From an uncultured Alphaproteobacteria bacterium (GTDB lineage Bacteria > Pseudomonadota > Alphaproteobacteria > Rhizobiales > Xanthobacteraceae), in the NCBI GenBank assembly GCA_963847325.1, contig CAWJZD010000003.1:70753-134752 (forward strand): a stretch of DNA of 64,000 nucleotides. Reading direction: 5' to 3'. The position numbers and the translations under genes were made by a program. The notes beneath the pieces were generated by a model that was not told the origin of the DNA, made no database searches, and saw nothing but the letters and a program-made list of their open reading frames with translations. Shown here piece after piece: positions 30,488-42,781 of this stretch; position 1 is the first letter of the stretch; every line of letters begins with the position of its first letter.

Positions 30488-31858
30488 ATGAAAACAAACG
30501 ACGGACCCCGCAGCCCCGGCCACAATCTCACGATCAGTGGCGAGCGGCTGTGGGACAGTTTGATGGAAACGGCGCAGATCGGCGCCACCAAAAAGGGCGG
30601 CATCAACCGCCTCACCCTGACCGATCTCGACCGGCAGGTGCGGGACTGGTTTCGGCGTGAGACCGAGAAGCTCGGCTGCACGGTCAGTGTGGACGATATG
30701 GGCGTCGTCTATGCGCGGCGACGCGGGCAAAACAACGCCATTCCGCCGATCGCGCTCGGCAGCCATCTCGACACCCAGCCGACCGGCGGCAAATTCGACG
30801 GCACGCTTGGCACGCTGGCGGCGCTCGAAGTGCTGCGCACCCTGGAAACCGCGGGCTACGAGACCTACGCGCCGGTCGAAATCGTCAACTGGACCAACGA
30901 GGAAGGCTCGCGTTTCGCGCCGGCGCTGATTTCATCGGGCGTATTCGGCGGCGTGTTCGAGCGCGACTGGGCTTATGCGCAGCAAGACCGTGCCGGCGCG
31001 ACCTTTGGCGCGGCGCTTGAAGAGATCGGCTATCGCGGTCCGGAGCGCTGCGGCGCCCGCAAATTCTCGGCGTTTTTCGAATTGCACATCGAGCAGGGCC
31101 CGATCCTCGAACGCGAAAGCATCGACATCGGTGTCGTCAGCGGCGTGCAGGGCGTGCGCTGGTACGATTGCACCATCACCGGCCGCGACGCTCACGCCGG
31201 CACCACGCCGATGACGGCGCGGCGCGACGCCTTGGTCGGCGCCGCCCGCATGGTCGACGCCATCGACCGCATCGCCCGCGCCCACGCGCCGCTTGCGGTC
31301 GCGACGGTCGGAGTGATCGAAGCACGGCCCGCCTCGCGGAATGTCATCCCGGGCGAAGCCTGGTTCAGCATCGACCTGCGCCACCCCGATAACGCCACGC
31401 TCGAAACCATCGAAAACGAGATTCGCGCGGCACTCGCTCACGTCGTTGCCGAGCTCAAGCTCGACGCTTCGCTCAATCGTATCTGGGAGCAGGCGCCGAT
31501 CGCGTTTCATCCGCAATGCGTCGCCGCCGTGCGCAAGGCAGCTTCGCTATGCGGCCTGTCGAGCCGCGATATCGTGTCCGGCGCGCTGCACGATGCGGCT
31601 TACGTCTCGCGGGTCGCGCCAGCCGGCATGATCTTTGTGCCGTGCAAGGACGGCATCAGCCACAACGAGGAAGAATTCTCCTCACAGGAGCAATGCGCCA
31701 AAGGCGCCCAAGTACTGCTTCAGGCCGTGCTCGATTTCGACCGGCAACTTTCCGAAGGCATTCAGGCCGAAAATCGGGCCGGTAGCCGTCCGCGGTTTTT
31801 TCGATGCGGCCGACGAATGGCGCACCGACATGGCCGGGCAGCACCAGCGCGCCGGTAG
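30488..31858 (+). CDS. M20-family Zn hydrolase (N-carbamoyl-amino-acid amidohydrolase / beta-ureidopropionase / allantoate amidohydrolase type)
   Basis: GSHLDTQPTGGKFDG, WTNEEGSRF, ELHIEQGP, HAGTTPM, SGALHDA, GISHN. The true end is probably near 31765. Confidence 0.9.
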   Translation: MKTNDGPRSPGHNLTISGERLWDSLMETAQIGATKKGGINRLTLTDLDRQVRDWFRRETEKLGCTVSVDDMGVVYARRRGQNNAIPPIALGSHLDTQPTGGKFDGTLGTLAALEVLRTLETAGYETYAPVEIVNWTNEEGSRFAPALISSGVFGGVFERDWAYAQQDRAGATFGAALEEIGYRGPERCGARKFSAFFELHIEQGPILERESIDIGVVSGVQGVRWYDCTITGRDAHAGTTPMTARRDALVGAARMVDAIDRIARAHAPLAVATVGVIEARPASRNVIPGEAWFSIDLRHPDNATLETIENEIRAALAHVVAELKLDASLNRIWEQAPIAFHPQCVAAVRKAASLCGLSSRDIVSGALHDAAYVSRVAPAGMIFVPCKDGISHNEEEFSSQEQCAKGAQVLLQAVLDFDRQLSEGIQAENRAGSRPRFFRCGRRMAHRHGRAAPARR

Positions 31859-32639
31859 CGGCCAGGTCGGCAAGCACGCGCTTGCGGCTCTCGATTGCCT
31901 GCGCAGCATCCGAGTTCTTGGGGAAATTCCAGTCCGGATAATGCACCTGCATCAGGTGGTGCAGCACGTCGCCGATGAACACGCCGCGCTCGCGCTTGCT
32001 CTCGAGCTTGAACACGACATGGCCGGGCGCATGACCGGGAGCCGGCGCAATCTCGATGAAGTCATTGAGACGGCCCGCGCCACCGCTGATGATGTCGGCC
32101 TTGCCGGCGTCGAGGATCGGCACGACGCACTCACGGAAGGTGCCGAGCTCAGCCGGTCCTTCTTTCGGGTCGGCATCGATCTTGGAGAAGTAATCGACGT
32201 CAGGCTTTGAGAACACGTAGCGCGCGTTGGGAAACGTCGGCACCCACTTGCCGTCGCGATTGATCGTGTTCCAGCCGACGTGATCGTGATGGAGATGCGT
32301 GCACATGACGAGGTCGATCTCGTCGGCACGCGCCCCCGCCGCGGCCAGCCGCTCCAGGTACGGCGTGTTCAGCATGTGCCAGAACGGCCGGCCCGGCTTC
32401 ACCTTGTCATTGCCGCAGCAGCTGTCGATCAGGATTTTCTTGCCGCCGATCTGGAGCAGCCAGCTATGCACGCTCAGCAAAATGCGGCCGGTGGCCGGCT
32501 CATAATGGTGCGGCGCCAGCCAGCCTTTGTGACGCTCGACGATCTCGTCCGTGCAGGCGGGGAAGATGTCCTTGAGCTTGTAGGTTGGCCCGTAAGTCTC
32601 TTCGACCCGGGTAATGACGGCCTCGCCGATCCTGATCAT
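31656..32639 (-). CDS. MBL-fold metallo-hydrolase
   Basis: THLHHDHVG, PTFPNARY, PGHAPGH, GDVLHH, PGH. The true end is probably near 31762. Confidence 0.9.
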   Translation of the reverse strand: MIRIGEAVITRVEETYGPTYKLKDIFPACTDEIVERHKGWLAPHHYEPATGRILLSVHSWLLQIGGKKILIDSCCGNDKVKPGRPFWHMLNTPYLERLAAAGARADEIDLVMCTHLHHDHVGWNTINRDGKWVPTFPNARYVFSKPDVDYFSKIDADPKEGPAELGTFRECVVPILDAGKADIISGGAGRLNDFIEIAPAPGHAPGHVVFKLESKRERGVFIGDVLHHLMQVHYPDWNFPKNSDAAQAIESRKRVLADLAATGALVLPGHVGAPFVGRIEKTADGYRPDFRPECLRKVAGRNRARPEAVLGRLWRIAPVRRILPRCG

Positions 32640-32694
32640 TGCGCCTCCCGCACGAAACATCAGGGAAAATACCCGTTTTCAGCCGTATCGGCTT

Positions 32695-32766
32695 GTTGCG
32701 AATGAGTTGCAATAAGCTTGACCGGCACCCCGCGCTCTGGTCTAGTTGCGAATAATTCGCAACTAG
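32695..32766 (+). promoter_or_regulatory. Two Mur/Fur-type operator boxes upstream of mntH
   Basis: GTTGCGAATGAGTTGCAAT (32695-32713) and the palindrome CTAGTTGCGAA-TAA-TTCGCAACTAG (32742-32766). Both resemble the rhizobial Mur-responsive motif and sit directly before an Nramp gene. Confidence 0.75.
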
Positions 32767-32777
32767 GGCGGTGCGCC

Positions 32778-34146
32778 ATGACTGTGCAGATTGAGCCGAT
32801 CAAAGCCGCGGCGGAGAGTCCGTCCTCGGGCTGGCGGCTTGCGCGCAAGGACGACCAGCGCAGCCTGTCGGAAGTCTACGCCACCGTTCCGGTGCCGATG
32901 GGGGCATCGTGGTTCCGCCGGCTGCTCGCCTTCTCCGGCCCGGGCTACATGGTCTCGGTCGGCTACATGGATCCGGGCAACTGGGCCACCGACATCGCGG
33001 GCGGCTCCAAGTTCGGCTACACGCTGCTCTCGGTCATCATGATCTCCAACCTGATGGCCATCCTGCTGCAAGCGCTGTCGGCACGACTCGGCATTGCGAC
33101 GGGCCGCGACCTCGCCCAGGCCTGCCGCGACGCCTATCCGAAGCCGGTCGGCTATGTCCTGTGGGTCATCTGCGAGCTCGCCATCATCGCCTGCGATCTC
33201 GCCGAGGTGATCGGCACGGCGATCGCGCTCAAACTCCTGTTCGGCATTCCGCTGGTGGTCGGCGCGCTCATCACCGCGCTCGACGTCTTCCTCGTGCTGA
33301 TGCTGATGAACAAGGGCTTCCGCTACATCGAAGCGTTCATCATTTCGCTACTGGTCGTGATTGCGGTCTGCTTCGCGATCCAGATCGCGCTCGCCGCCCC
33401 GCCTATTCGCAGAGGTTCTGGGCGGTTACATCCCGTCGCGCGAGATCGTGATGAATCCCGAGATGCTCTACATCGCGATCGGCATTCTCGGCGCCACCGT
33501 GATGCCGCACAATCTCTACCTGCATTCCTCGATCGTGCAGACGCGCCAGTTCACGCGCGACGAGGCCGGCAAGCGCCACGCCATCCGCTGGGCAACCACC
33601 GACAGCACGATCGCCTTGATGCTGGCCCTGTTCGTCAATTCGGCCATCCTGATCATGGCAGCGAGCGTGTTCCACGGCAGCGGCCGCACCGGCGTCGCGG
33701 AGATCGAGGAAGCCTATGCGCTGCTGTCGCCGCTCTTGGGCGTGGCAATTGCATCGACGCTGTTCGCGATTGCGTTGCTGGCGTCCGGGCTGAATTCGAC
33801 CGTTACGGCGACACTCGCCGGCCAGATCGTCATGGAAGGCTTTCTGAACCTGCGGCTGCCGCACTGGGCGCGCCGGCTGGTCACGCGCGCCATCGCCATC
33901 GTCCCGGTCGTGATCGTCACCGCGCTTTACGGCGAGCAGGGCACCGGGCGGCTGCTGGTGCTCAGTCAGGTCGTCCTGTCGATGCAATTGCCGTTTGCGG
34001 TGATCCCGCTGGTGCAGTTCGTATCGTCGCGGGAGAAGATGGGGACGTTCGTAATACCCAAGGCCGTCGCCGCGCTGGCATGGTTCGTCGCCGCCGTCAT
34101 CGTGGCGCTGAACCTCAAGCTCCTGTTCGATACGTTCGTCGACTAG
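32778..34146 (+). CDS. mntH: Nramp-family Mn2+ transporter; frameshift near 33400
   Basis: [50 protein letters not shown]. Confidence 0.93.
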
Positions 34147-34154
34147 ACGCAATA

Positions 34155-34180
34155 CGGGCGCCGTTTTTCAACGGCGCCCG
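34155..34180. terminator. Hairpin between convergent genes (probable terminator)
   Basis: CGGGCGCCGTT-TTTC-AACGGCGCCCG. Confidence 0.6.
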
Positions 34181-34189
34181 CAGAGTCAG

Positions 34190-35001
34190 TTACGGAGTTT
34201 GCGACGGAGCGGTCACGACGTCGAACACGACGTGCAACTCGGTATCGCTGTTCTTGCTGCCCCAGCCCGATTTGCGCTTGATCTTCAGCACCACATCGAA
34301 CTGCCCGGGTCCGAACGTGTAAGGCTGAATGCCTCGCATTCTCGGATTGGTGTCGATCTGCGCCGCATAAAACGCCAGGTTCTGCGAGTTCTGCGTGACG
34401 CGGTCGGTGCCTTCATCGTCCGGAATGACGACCGTGCTCTTTGCCTTCCAGCCATAGCCGTTGGTATCCGGCTCACGCGGGCATGGGCCGGCTGCGGCCG
34501 GAGAGCCCAGCTTGGCCAGGTTGAGCTTGAGATAGTCCGTGTCGCTGGATGGATCGAGGTCGATCCAGAGCTCGGCGCTGTAAGAGTTCGAGCGTGGGAT
34601 TGCCGGCAGTCGAGGCTCACGTCAAATGAGTAGGTGAAATTCCACGCCGCGCGGGCGGGATTGCCCGGCTGCGCACCGGCCGGCACTTCGATGTGCACCA
34701 GGCCGTCATCATCGACATAGGTCGAGCGGATATCCGGTCCCTGCCGAACGATGCCCTTGATGCCGAGCTCAATGCCGGCATCCACATTGCGCTTGCGCTG
34801 GAATGTGGTGTTCGGGTTCCCCGCGCCCTGCCAAAGGAAGCCGGGCGTGCAGGTATCTTCCCCGCTCGCGCTGAGCGCACGGTCGAGATAAACCGGCGAC
34901 TTGTTGTCGTCGTTGTTGCCATGGCGATTGTCGGCAAACGCCGGCAGCGACAATGCGGCGGCGCCCAAAACAAAAGCCAAGCTTGAAACCTTAAAACGCA
35001 T
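34190..35001 (-). CDS. Secreted hypothetical protein (~270 aa after frameshift repair)
   Basis: Signal peptide [23 protein letters not shown] and GGGAGAG RBS. After ~34600 the coding continues in other frames: [20 protein letters not shown]...[11 protein letters not shown]...[11 protein letters not shown]...[14 protein letters not shown]. Confidence 0.7.
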
Positions 35002-35112
35002 ACAACTCTCCCCTGATCTGCCGAAGCTCATCGTGCCCGGCTTATGCGACAGGATGTTAACGGCTTTGGCGGCGGGAGACGACTGCTACAGTTTTATTAA
35101 AATGCAACAGAA

Positions 35113-35922
35113 TCAGGTGTTTCGGCCCAAGGCCTCGGCGCGCCGCAGAATAAGCATCGCACTGGCGATCAGCACACCGACCCCCAGGACCAGCAAGGTC
35201 GCGAGCGCATTGATCTGCGGCGATACGCCGAGCCGAACGCTGGAGAAGATCACGATCGGCAGGGTCGAGGCGCCCGGTCCGGTGACGAAGCTTGCGATCA
35301 CCACATCGTCGAGCGAGAGCGTAAACGCGAGCAGCCATCCAGCGACGATCGCCGGCATGAGCAATGGCAGCGTCACGCGACGAAAGGCCCGCCACGGCGT
35401 GGCGCCAAGATCGGCAGCGGCTTGCTCGAGCGCCGGATCGAGTTGCGACAGTCGTGCGCGGATAACCACGGTCGCGAAGGCAAGGCCAAACGTGATGTGC
35501 GCCAGAGTGATGGTGGTCGCACCACGCCGGCCGGGCCAGCCAATCGCGTCACCGAGGAATACGAACAGCAGCAGCAAAGAAAGGCCCGTCAGCACCTCCG
35601 GCAGGATCAGCGGCATCATGGTCAGCGCCTCGAACGGGCCGCGGCCGCGGAAGCGGCGGATCCGGTCCATCGCGAAAGCCGCCATCGTGCCGAGCACGAC
35701 CGAAACCGTGGCGCTGGCTGCGGCTACCCGCAGCGACAGCCACAACGCCTCGCCGATCTGGGCATTGCGGAAAAGCTCGCCATACCAGCGGGTTGAGGCG
35801 TGGCTCCAAACCGTCACCAGCCGGCTGTCGTTGAACGAGTAGACGATGAGGATGACGATCGGCACGTAAAGAAACGCGTAGCCGAACGCCAGCATCGAGA
35901 GCGCAAAGAGCGGCCGCCTCAT
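35113..35922 (-). CDS. potI: Polyamine ABC transporter permease (PotI/PotC)
   Basis: FLYVPIVILIVYSFN, LEQAAADLGA, FTLSLDD, GVSPQINALAT. Confidence 0.88.
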   Translation of the reverse strand: MRRPLFALSMLAFGYAFLYVPIVILIVYSFNDSRLVTVWSHASTRWYGELFRNAQIGEALWLSLRVAAASATVSVVLGTMAAFAMDRIRRFRGRGPFEALTMMPLILPEVLTGLSLLLLFVFLGDAIGWPGRRGATTITLAHITFGLAFATVVIRARLSQLDPALEQAAADLGATPWRAFRRVTLPLLMPAIVAGWLLAFTLSLDDVVIASFVTGPGASTLPIVIFSSVRLGVSPQINALATLLVLGVGVLIASAMLILRRAEALGRNT

Positions 35923-36812
35923 AGTGCTGCCTCCGCCCGCCGCGCCTGGCGCACCAGAATGGCCGCCGGCACAAGAACCAGGATGAGGAGGCCGATCGCC
36001 AGCGCCGAGGCGAGCGGCCAGTCATTATTGTTGAAGAACTCGGTCCACAGCAGCCGCCCAATCATCAACGTGCCGGGGCCACCGAGCAGCTCCGGGATGA
36101 TCAGCTCGCCGAGCGCGGGGATGAAGACCAGCAGGAATCCGGCGAGAATGCCCGGCGCCGACAGCGGCAACGTCACGCGCAAGAACGCGCGCAACGGCCT
36201 GGCGCCGAGATCGCCCGCGGCTTCGAGCAGGCTCCAGTCGAACCGCTCCAGCACGGCGTAGATCGGCAGCACCATGAACGGCAGGTACGAGTAAACAATG
36301 CCGAGATGCACGGCGAATTCGTTGTGCAGCAGCGGCAGCGGCTGATCGATCAGCCCCCAGTTCATCAGCGCATTGTTGATCAGGCCGTTCGAATTCAGGA
36401 TGCCGGTCCAGGCGTAAACGCGGATCAGAAGCGGCGTCCAGAACGGCAGCATGATGAGCATGACCAGCGGCGTGCGCAGGCTTTGCCGAATCCGCGCGAG
36501 CGCATAGGCCATCGGATAGGCGATCAGCAGCGTGATCAGCGCGGCGGTGCCGGCGATCCGGATCGAGCTGACGAAGGCATGGAAATAAAGATCGTCGGAG
36601 ATCAGCGTATGGAAATTGCCGAGCGTCGCGCTGAAGCCTTCATCCGCCGAATAGATCGGCGTGTAGGGCGGCGAGCCGAGGCGCGCCTCGACCAGGCTGA
36701 TCATCAGGACGATCAGCACCGGCAGCAGCACGAATATCAGCAGCCACACGAACGGAATGCCGACGAAGGCGGCGCGCATGGGCGCCGATGCGGAATCCCC
36801 TGCCCGGCTCAT
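35919..36812 (-). CDS. potH: Polyamine ABC transporter permease (PotH/PotB)
   Basis: LPFWTPLLIRVYAW, YSYLPFMVLPIY, LLEAAGDLGA, IPELLGG, DWPLASA. Confidence 0.88.
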   Translation of the reverse strand: MSRAGDSASAPMRAAFVGIPFVWLLIFVLLPVLIVLMISLVEARLGSPPYTPIYSADEGFSATLGNFHTLISDDLYFHAFVSSIRIAGTAALITLLIAYPMAYALARIRQSLRTPLVMLIMLPFWTPLLIRVYAWTGILNSNGLINNALMNWGLIDQPLPLLHNEFAVHLGIVYSYLPFMVLPIYAVLERFDWSLLEAAGDLGARPLRAFLRVTLPLSAPGILAGFLLVFIPALGELIIPELLGGPGTLMIGRLLWTEFFNNNDWPLASALAIGLLILVLVPAAILVRQARRAEAAL

Positions 36813-37838
36813 GACACCACCCGCGCCGCCTCGCGCGGCCAGAACACGAAGACGTCCTCGCCTTCCCGGGGTGAACCGGCAGCCTTCAGATCCGCTTCGG
36901 ACAGGCGAAGGAGCGCGGTTTTCCCGCCGTCCAGCGCGATCCGCGCGGCGTAATGGCTGCCCAGAAACACCAGGTTTTCCAGCCGCCCGCGTAGCGCCTC
37001 GCCGCCCGTCGGCTGGGTCTTCGCAATGCGCAGGTCTTCGGGCCGCACCATCGTGGCCGAGCCGCCCGGCCCGTCAAAAAAGTTGGCCTCGCCGAAGAAC
37101 CCGGCGACGTATCGCGAGGCCGGCGCCTCATAGAGTTCGTGCGGCGAGCCGACCTGGGCGATCTTGCCGGCCTGCATCAGGGCGATGCGGCTTGCCATCG
37201 CCATCGCCTCTTCCTGGTCGTGCGTGACCATGACGAAGGTGATGCCGAGCCGCTCGCGCAGCCGCACCAACTCGACCTGGGCACGCTCGCGCAGGTTCTT
37301 GTCGAGCGCCGCCAGCGGCTCGTCCAGCAGCAGGATTTTCGGCTGCTTCACCAGCGCGCGGGCCAGCGCGACGCGCTGGCGCTGGCCGCCCGACAATTGA
37401 TGCGGCTTGCGGCCGGCGAAATTCGCCATGTCCAGCATCTCAAGCGCGGCCTGAACCCGCGCCCTGATCTCGTCCTTCGGACGCCCTTCTTCCTCCAGGC
37501 CGAACGCCACATTGCCGGCGACGGTGAGGTGCGGAAACAGCGCGTAGGACTGGAACATCATGTTCGACGGCCGCCGCCAGGCCGGCCAGTCGGTCATGTC
37601 CTGCGCCGTCGATGACAATCTGCCCGGCGCTCGGAATGTCCGAGCCCGCGATCATGCGCAGCAGCGTGGTCTTGCCGCAGCCCGAGGGGCCGAGCAGGCA
37701 GAAGAACTCGCCGCGCCCAATGTCGAGGCTGACATCGTCAACGGCGACGACGTCGCCGTAGCGCTTGGTGACTCTTCGAATGCCGATGATCGAGTCGGCG
37801 CTCCGATCGTTCAGCGGCCGGTCTTGATCCGCGTCCAC
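36809..37838 (-). CDS. potG: Polyamine ABC ATPase (PotG/PotA); frameshift near 37605
   Basis: [11 protein letters not shown] in ORF 37440. [31 protein letters not shown] and VTHDQEEA in ORF 36809. Confidence 0.88.
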
Positions 37839-38905
37839 AATCGATTCCGCTCGCGCTCGAATTTCTGGGTCACCAGAGTGGCGGTGTAGAGCTTAGCGTC
37901 CGCCGGCGGGTAGACAACCGGGTCTTCGTTGATGTCCTTGGCGATGAACTCCCGCGAGGCCGGCACCGCATTGGCATAGCCGACCGCCGAGGTGATCGCG
38001 CCGATCACCTTGGCGTCCAGCAGATAATTGATGAACTTGTGCGCATTGTCGGGATGCGGCGCGTCCTTCGGGATCGCCATCACGTCGATGTTGAAGGCGG
38101 CGCCTTCCTTCGGCAGAAAAATGCCGATGTCGACGCCGTTCTTTGCCTCGGCGGCGCGCTTGCGCGCCTGGAACAGGTCGCCGGCATAGCCGAGCGCGAC
38201 ACAGATCGCGCCATTGGCGAGATCGTTGATGTAGCTCGACGAGTGAAAGTAGCGGTAGGACGGCCGCGCCTTGGCGACCACCTCGCCCGCGGCCTTCAGA
38301 TCGGCATCGCTGGTGCTGTTCGGATCGCGGCCGAGATAGGAGAGCGCCGCGGGCAACACCTCATCCGGCGTATCGAGCACGGCAACACCGCAGGACTTGA
38401 GCGAGCCCACTGTCTTCGGGTCGAACAGCAGAGCGAGACTGCCGACCGGGGCGTCCTTGGGCATCTTCGATTTGATGTAGCCGATGCCGGTGCCGGCCAT
38501 CAGGTAAGGCAGCGCATATTCGTTGTTGGGATCGGCCGGCTTGAGTTGCCCGAGGACTTTCGGATCGACGCCCTTGGCGTTCGGCAGCTTGGAGAAATCG
38601 AGCTTCTGATAGATGCCGCCCTTCACCTCGCGCGCGAGATAGGGCATCGCCGACGGAAACACCACGTCGTAGCCGGATTTGCCGACCAGGAGCTTGGCTT
38701 CCAGCACCTCGTTGGAATCGTAGACGTCGTAATTGACCTTGATGCCGGTGCGCTTGGTGAATTCCTCGAGCGTGTCGGGCGCGACGTAATCGCTCCAGTT
38801 ATAGACGTTGAGGACTTTTTCTTCCTGGGCCGAAGCGAGGCCGCCCGTCATGGCGAGGAGCGCTGCCGTCGCAAGCGTGCGAGCGGTCCGGAAACTGAGC
38901 ATCAT
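37811..38905 (-). CDS. potF: Polyamine ABC substrate-binding protein (PotF/PotD)
   Basis: [47 protein letters not shown]. Confidence 0.9.
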   Translation of the reverse strand: MMLSFRTARTLATAALLAMTGGLASAQEEKVLNVYNWSDYVAPDTLEEFTKRTGIKVNYDVYDSNEVLEAKLLVGKSGYDVVFPSAMPYLAREVKGGIYQKLDFSKLPNAKGVDPKVLGQLKPADPNNEYALPYLMAGTGIGYIKSKMPKDAPVGSLALLFDPKTVGSLKSCGVAVLDTPDEVLPAALSYLGRDPNSTSDADLKAAGEVVAKARPSYRYFHSSSYINDLANGAICVALGYAGDLFQARKRAAEAKNGVDIGIFLPKEGAAFNIDVMAIPKDAPHPDNAHKFINYLLDAKVIGAITSAVGYANAVPASREFIAKDINEDPVVYPPADAKLYTATLVTQKFERERNRLWTRIKTGR

Positions 38906-38915
38906 TCTGGCAACC

Positions 38916-39548
38916 TCACTGCCTGTTCGCCGTCGCGGCGATTCCGCCCTTCTCCTCGATAAAACGGACGATGCTGTCAACACCTTTGCCCTCGCGCAGA
39001 TTGGTCATGACGAAGGGCCGCGTGCCGCGCATGCGCTTGGTGTCGGTTTCCATCTTCTCCAGCGAGGCGCCGACATGCGGCGCGAGATCGGTCTTGTTGA
39101 TAACCAGCAGGTCGGAACGGGTGATGCCGGGCCCGCCCTTCGACGGAATCTTGTCGCCCGCCGCGACGTCGATCACATAGATGGTGAGGTCTGCGAGCTC
39201 CGGCGAGAATGTCGCAGCCAGATTGTCACCGCCGGATTCGATCAGCACCAGGTCGAGCTTCGGGAACTTGGCGCGCATGTCGGCGATAGCGGCGAGGTTG
39301 ATCGAGGCGTCCTCGCGGATCGCGGTGTGCGGGCAACCGCCGGTCTCGACGCCGGCGATGCGATCGGGCGTGAGCGAGCCGGAGCGCACCAGGAATTCGG
39401 CGTCCCACTTGGTGTAGATGTCATTGGTGATGGCCGCGAGGTCGTATGTCTCGCGCATCGCCTTGCACAGCGCATCCATCAGCGCGGTCTTGCCGGAGCC
39501 GACCGGGCCTCCGATGCCGACGCGAAGCGGGCCGTTGGGACTGGGCAT
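38916..39548 (-). CDS. ureG: Urease accessory GTPase UreG
   Basis: [33 protein letters not shown]. Start ATG 39548. Confidence 0.96.
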   Translation of the reverse strand: MPSPNGPLRVGIGGPVGSGKTALMDALCKAMRETYDLAAITNDIYTKWDAEFLVRSGSLTPDRIAGVETGGCPHTAIREDASINLAAIADMRAKFPKLDLVLIESGGDNLAATFSPELADLTIYVIDVAAGDKIPSKGGPGITRSDLLVINKTDLAPHVGASLEKMETDTKRMRGTRPFVMTNLREGKGVDSIVRFIEEKGGIAATANRQ

Positions 39549-39552
39549 TCGT

Positions 39553-40264
39553 CTAGCTCCGGAACAGGCGGGTGTACTGGGTCTCGTGCCGCGCGCTGGC
39601 GATGTCGGCGCGGAAGGTGGCGCTGCCAAGCTCGTCGAGCGTAGCCGTGAGCGCGCGTTGCGCCGTGCGGGCGACGGCGGGCTCGATGGCGCGCAAAGTA
39701 TGCTGGCTGTCGGTGTGGCCGAGCGGGACGAGGCGAACCGCGGCGGAAATCCAGCTTGAGGTCAGCGCCGCGAGAAAGGCGTGAAGAGCCGGCTCCAGCG
39801 GGATGTCGTGGCCCGCGCAGGCGACGCCGACCGCGATGGGATAGGCGATCGGGCCATTGGCGATGTCTTGCAGCTTGGTCAGCGCGTCGCAGGGCCAGGC
39901 GGCGGACGTCACATCGACGAAGGCGCGGCCGAGCGTGGTGGTTTCGAGATGACGCTCGCGGGTCGGCACAAAAGCCGCGGCGAGTTCGACGATCTTCAGC
40001 CAGCCTCGCATCGTCGCCATCAGCCACCGCGCGATAGGCCTGCGCGAACAGGATCGCATCGTTGAGACCCGCGCCGTGGCCCAGCATCGTCTCCAGCCAG
40101 CCGCGCAGTGTTTCCGGGCTTGTGATGTCGCCGGCTTCCACCGCCCATTCGATCCCGCCGGAATAGGCGAAGCCGCCGACCGGATAGGCCGGCGACAGCC
40201 AGGTCGTGAGCCGGTACAGCGCGGCCGCCGACAGCTCAGTGGTCGTGGTGGTGCGGGTGAGCAT
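39553..40264 (-). CDS. ureF: Urease accessory protein UreF; frameshift near 39995
   Basis: [18 protein letters not shown] in one frame, then AAVRLVPLG...[11 protein letters not shown] in the next. Confidence 0.92.
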
Positions 40265-40754
40265 GTCCGTGATGATGATGGTCGTGGTCGTGCGCATCGT
40301 GGTCGTGAGCGTGTGAATGCCCGCCGCCCTCGTACGCCCCGCCTTCGGGGTCGAACGGCGCCTCGATCTCGCTGACCTTTGCGCCAAGCTGCTTCGCCAT
40401 CTCGGCGATGACATGGTCGCGGCGGATGCGGATGTATTTCGGGAAGATCTGGCTCGGTAGATGACGGTTGCCGAGGTGCCAGGCGATGCGCGCCAGATGC
40501 AGTGGATCGGCGCAGCGGATTTCCAGCAGCGGCTCCGGCGCCGCCAGAACCTCGACCAGATGCCCATCTTCGAGCACCAGCGCGTCGCCGTGGCGCAGCC
40601 ATACCGCCTCGGGCAGGTCGAGCACGAATGACAGCCCGCGCGTGCCGGTCATCGCCAGGCGGCGGCGATGCCGGTCGTCGGTCGCCAGCACCACGCTGTC
40701 AGCCGCGTCTCCCGGCCAGGAACCGGCCGGCTTCACACTGGTTGCACGCATCAC
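40236..40754 (-). CDS. ureE: Urease Ni chaperone UreE with His-rich tail
   Basis: [23 protein letters not shown] and a poly-His C-terminus. Confidence 0.95.
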   Translation of the reverse strand: MMRATSVKPAGSWPGDAADSVVLATDDRHRRRLAMTGTRGLSFVLDLPEAVWLRHGDALVLEDGHLVEVLAAPEPLLEIRCADPLHLARIAWHLGNRHLPSQIFPKYIRIRRDHVIAEMAKQLGAKVSEIEAPFDPEGGAYEGGGHSHAHDHDAHDHDHHHHGHAHPHHHDH

Positions 40755-40766
40755 CCGGCCTTCGTC

Positions 40767-42472
<1,706 letters not shown>

Positions 42473-42473
<1 letters not shown>

Positions 42474-42778
42474 CAGAGCTTGCCCATCACGTCCTGGCGG
42501 AAGCCGTACACGGTGCGCTTGCCGGCCAGCGCGACCAACGTGACGTCGCGGGTCTGGCCGGGCTCGAAGCGCACCGCGGTGCCGGCGGCGATATCGAGCC
42601 GCATGCCGCGCGCTTTCTTGCGCTCGAACTTCAGCGCCGGATTGGTTTCGAAGAAATGGTAGTGCGAGCCGACCTGGATCGGCCGGTCGCCGGTGTTGGC
42701 GACGGTGAGCGTCAGCGTCTTGCGTCCGGCATTGAGCTCGATCTCGCCGTCCTTGATGAACATCTCGCCCGGGATCAT
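42473..42778 (-). CDS. ureB: Urease beta subunit
   Basis: [35 protein letters not shown]. Confidence 0.97.
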
Positions 42779-42781
42779 GGC

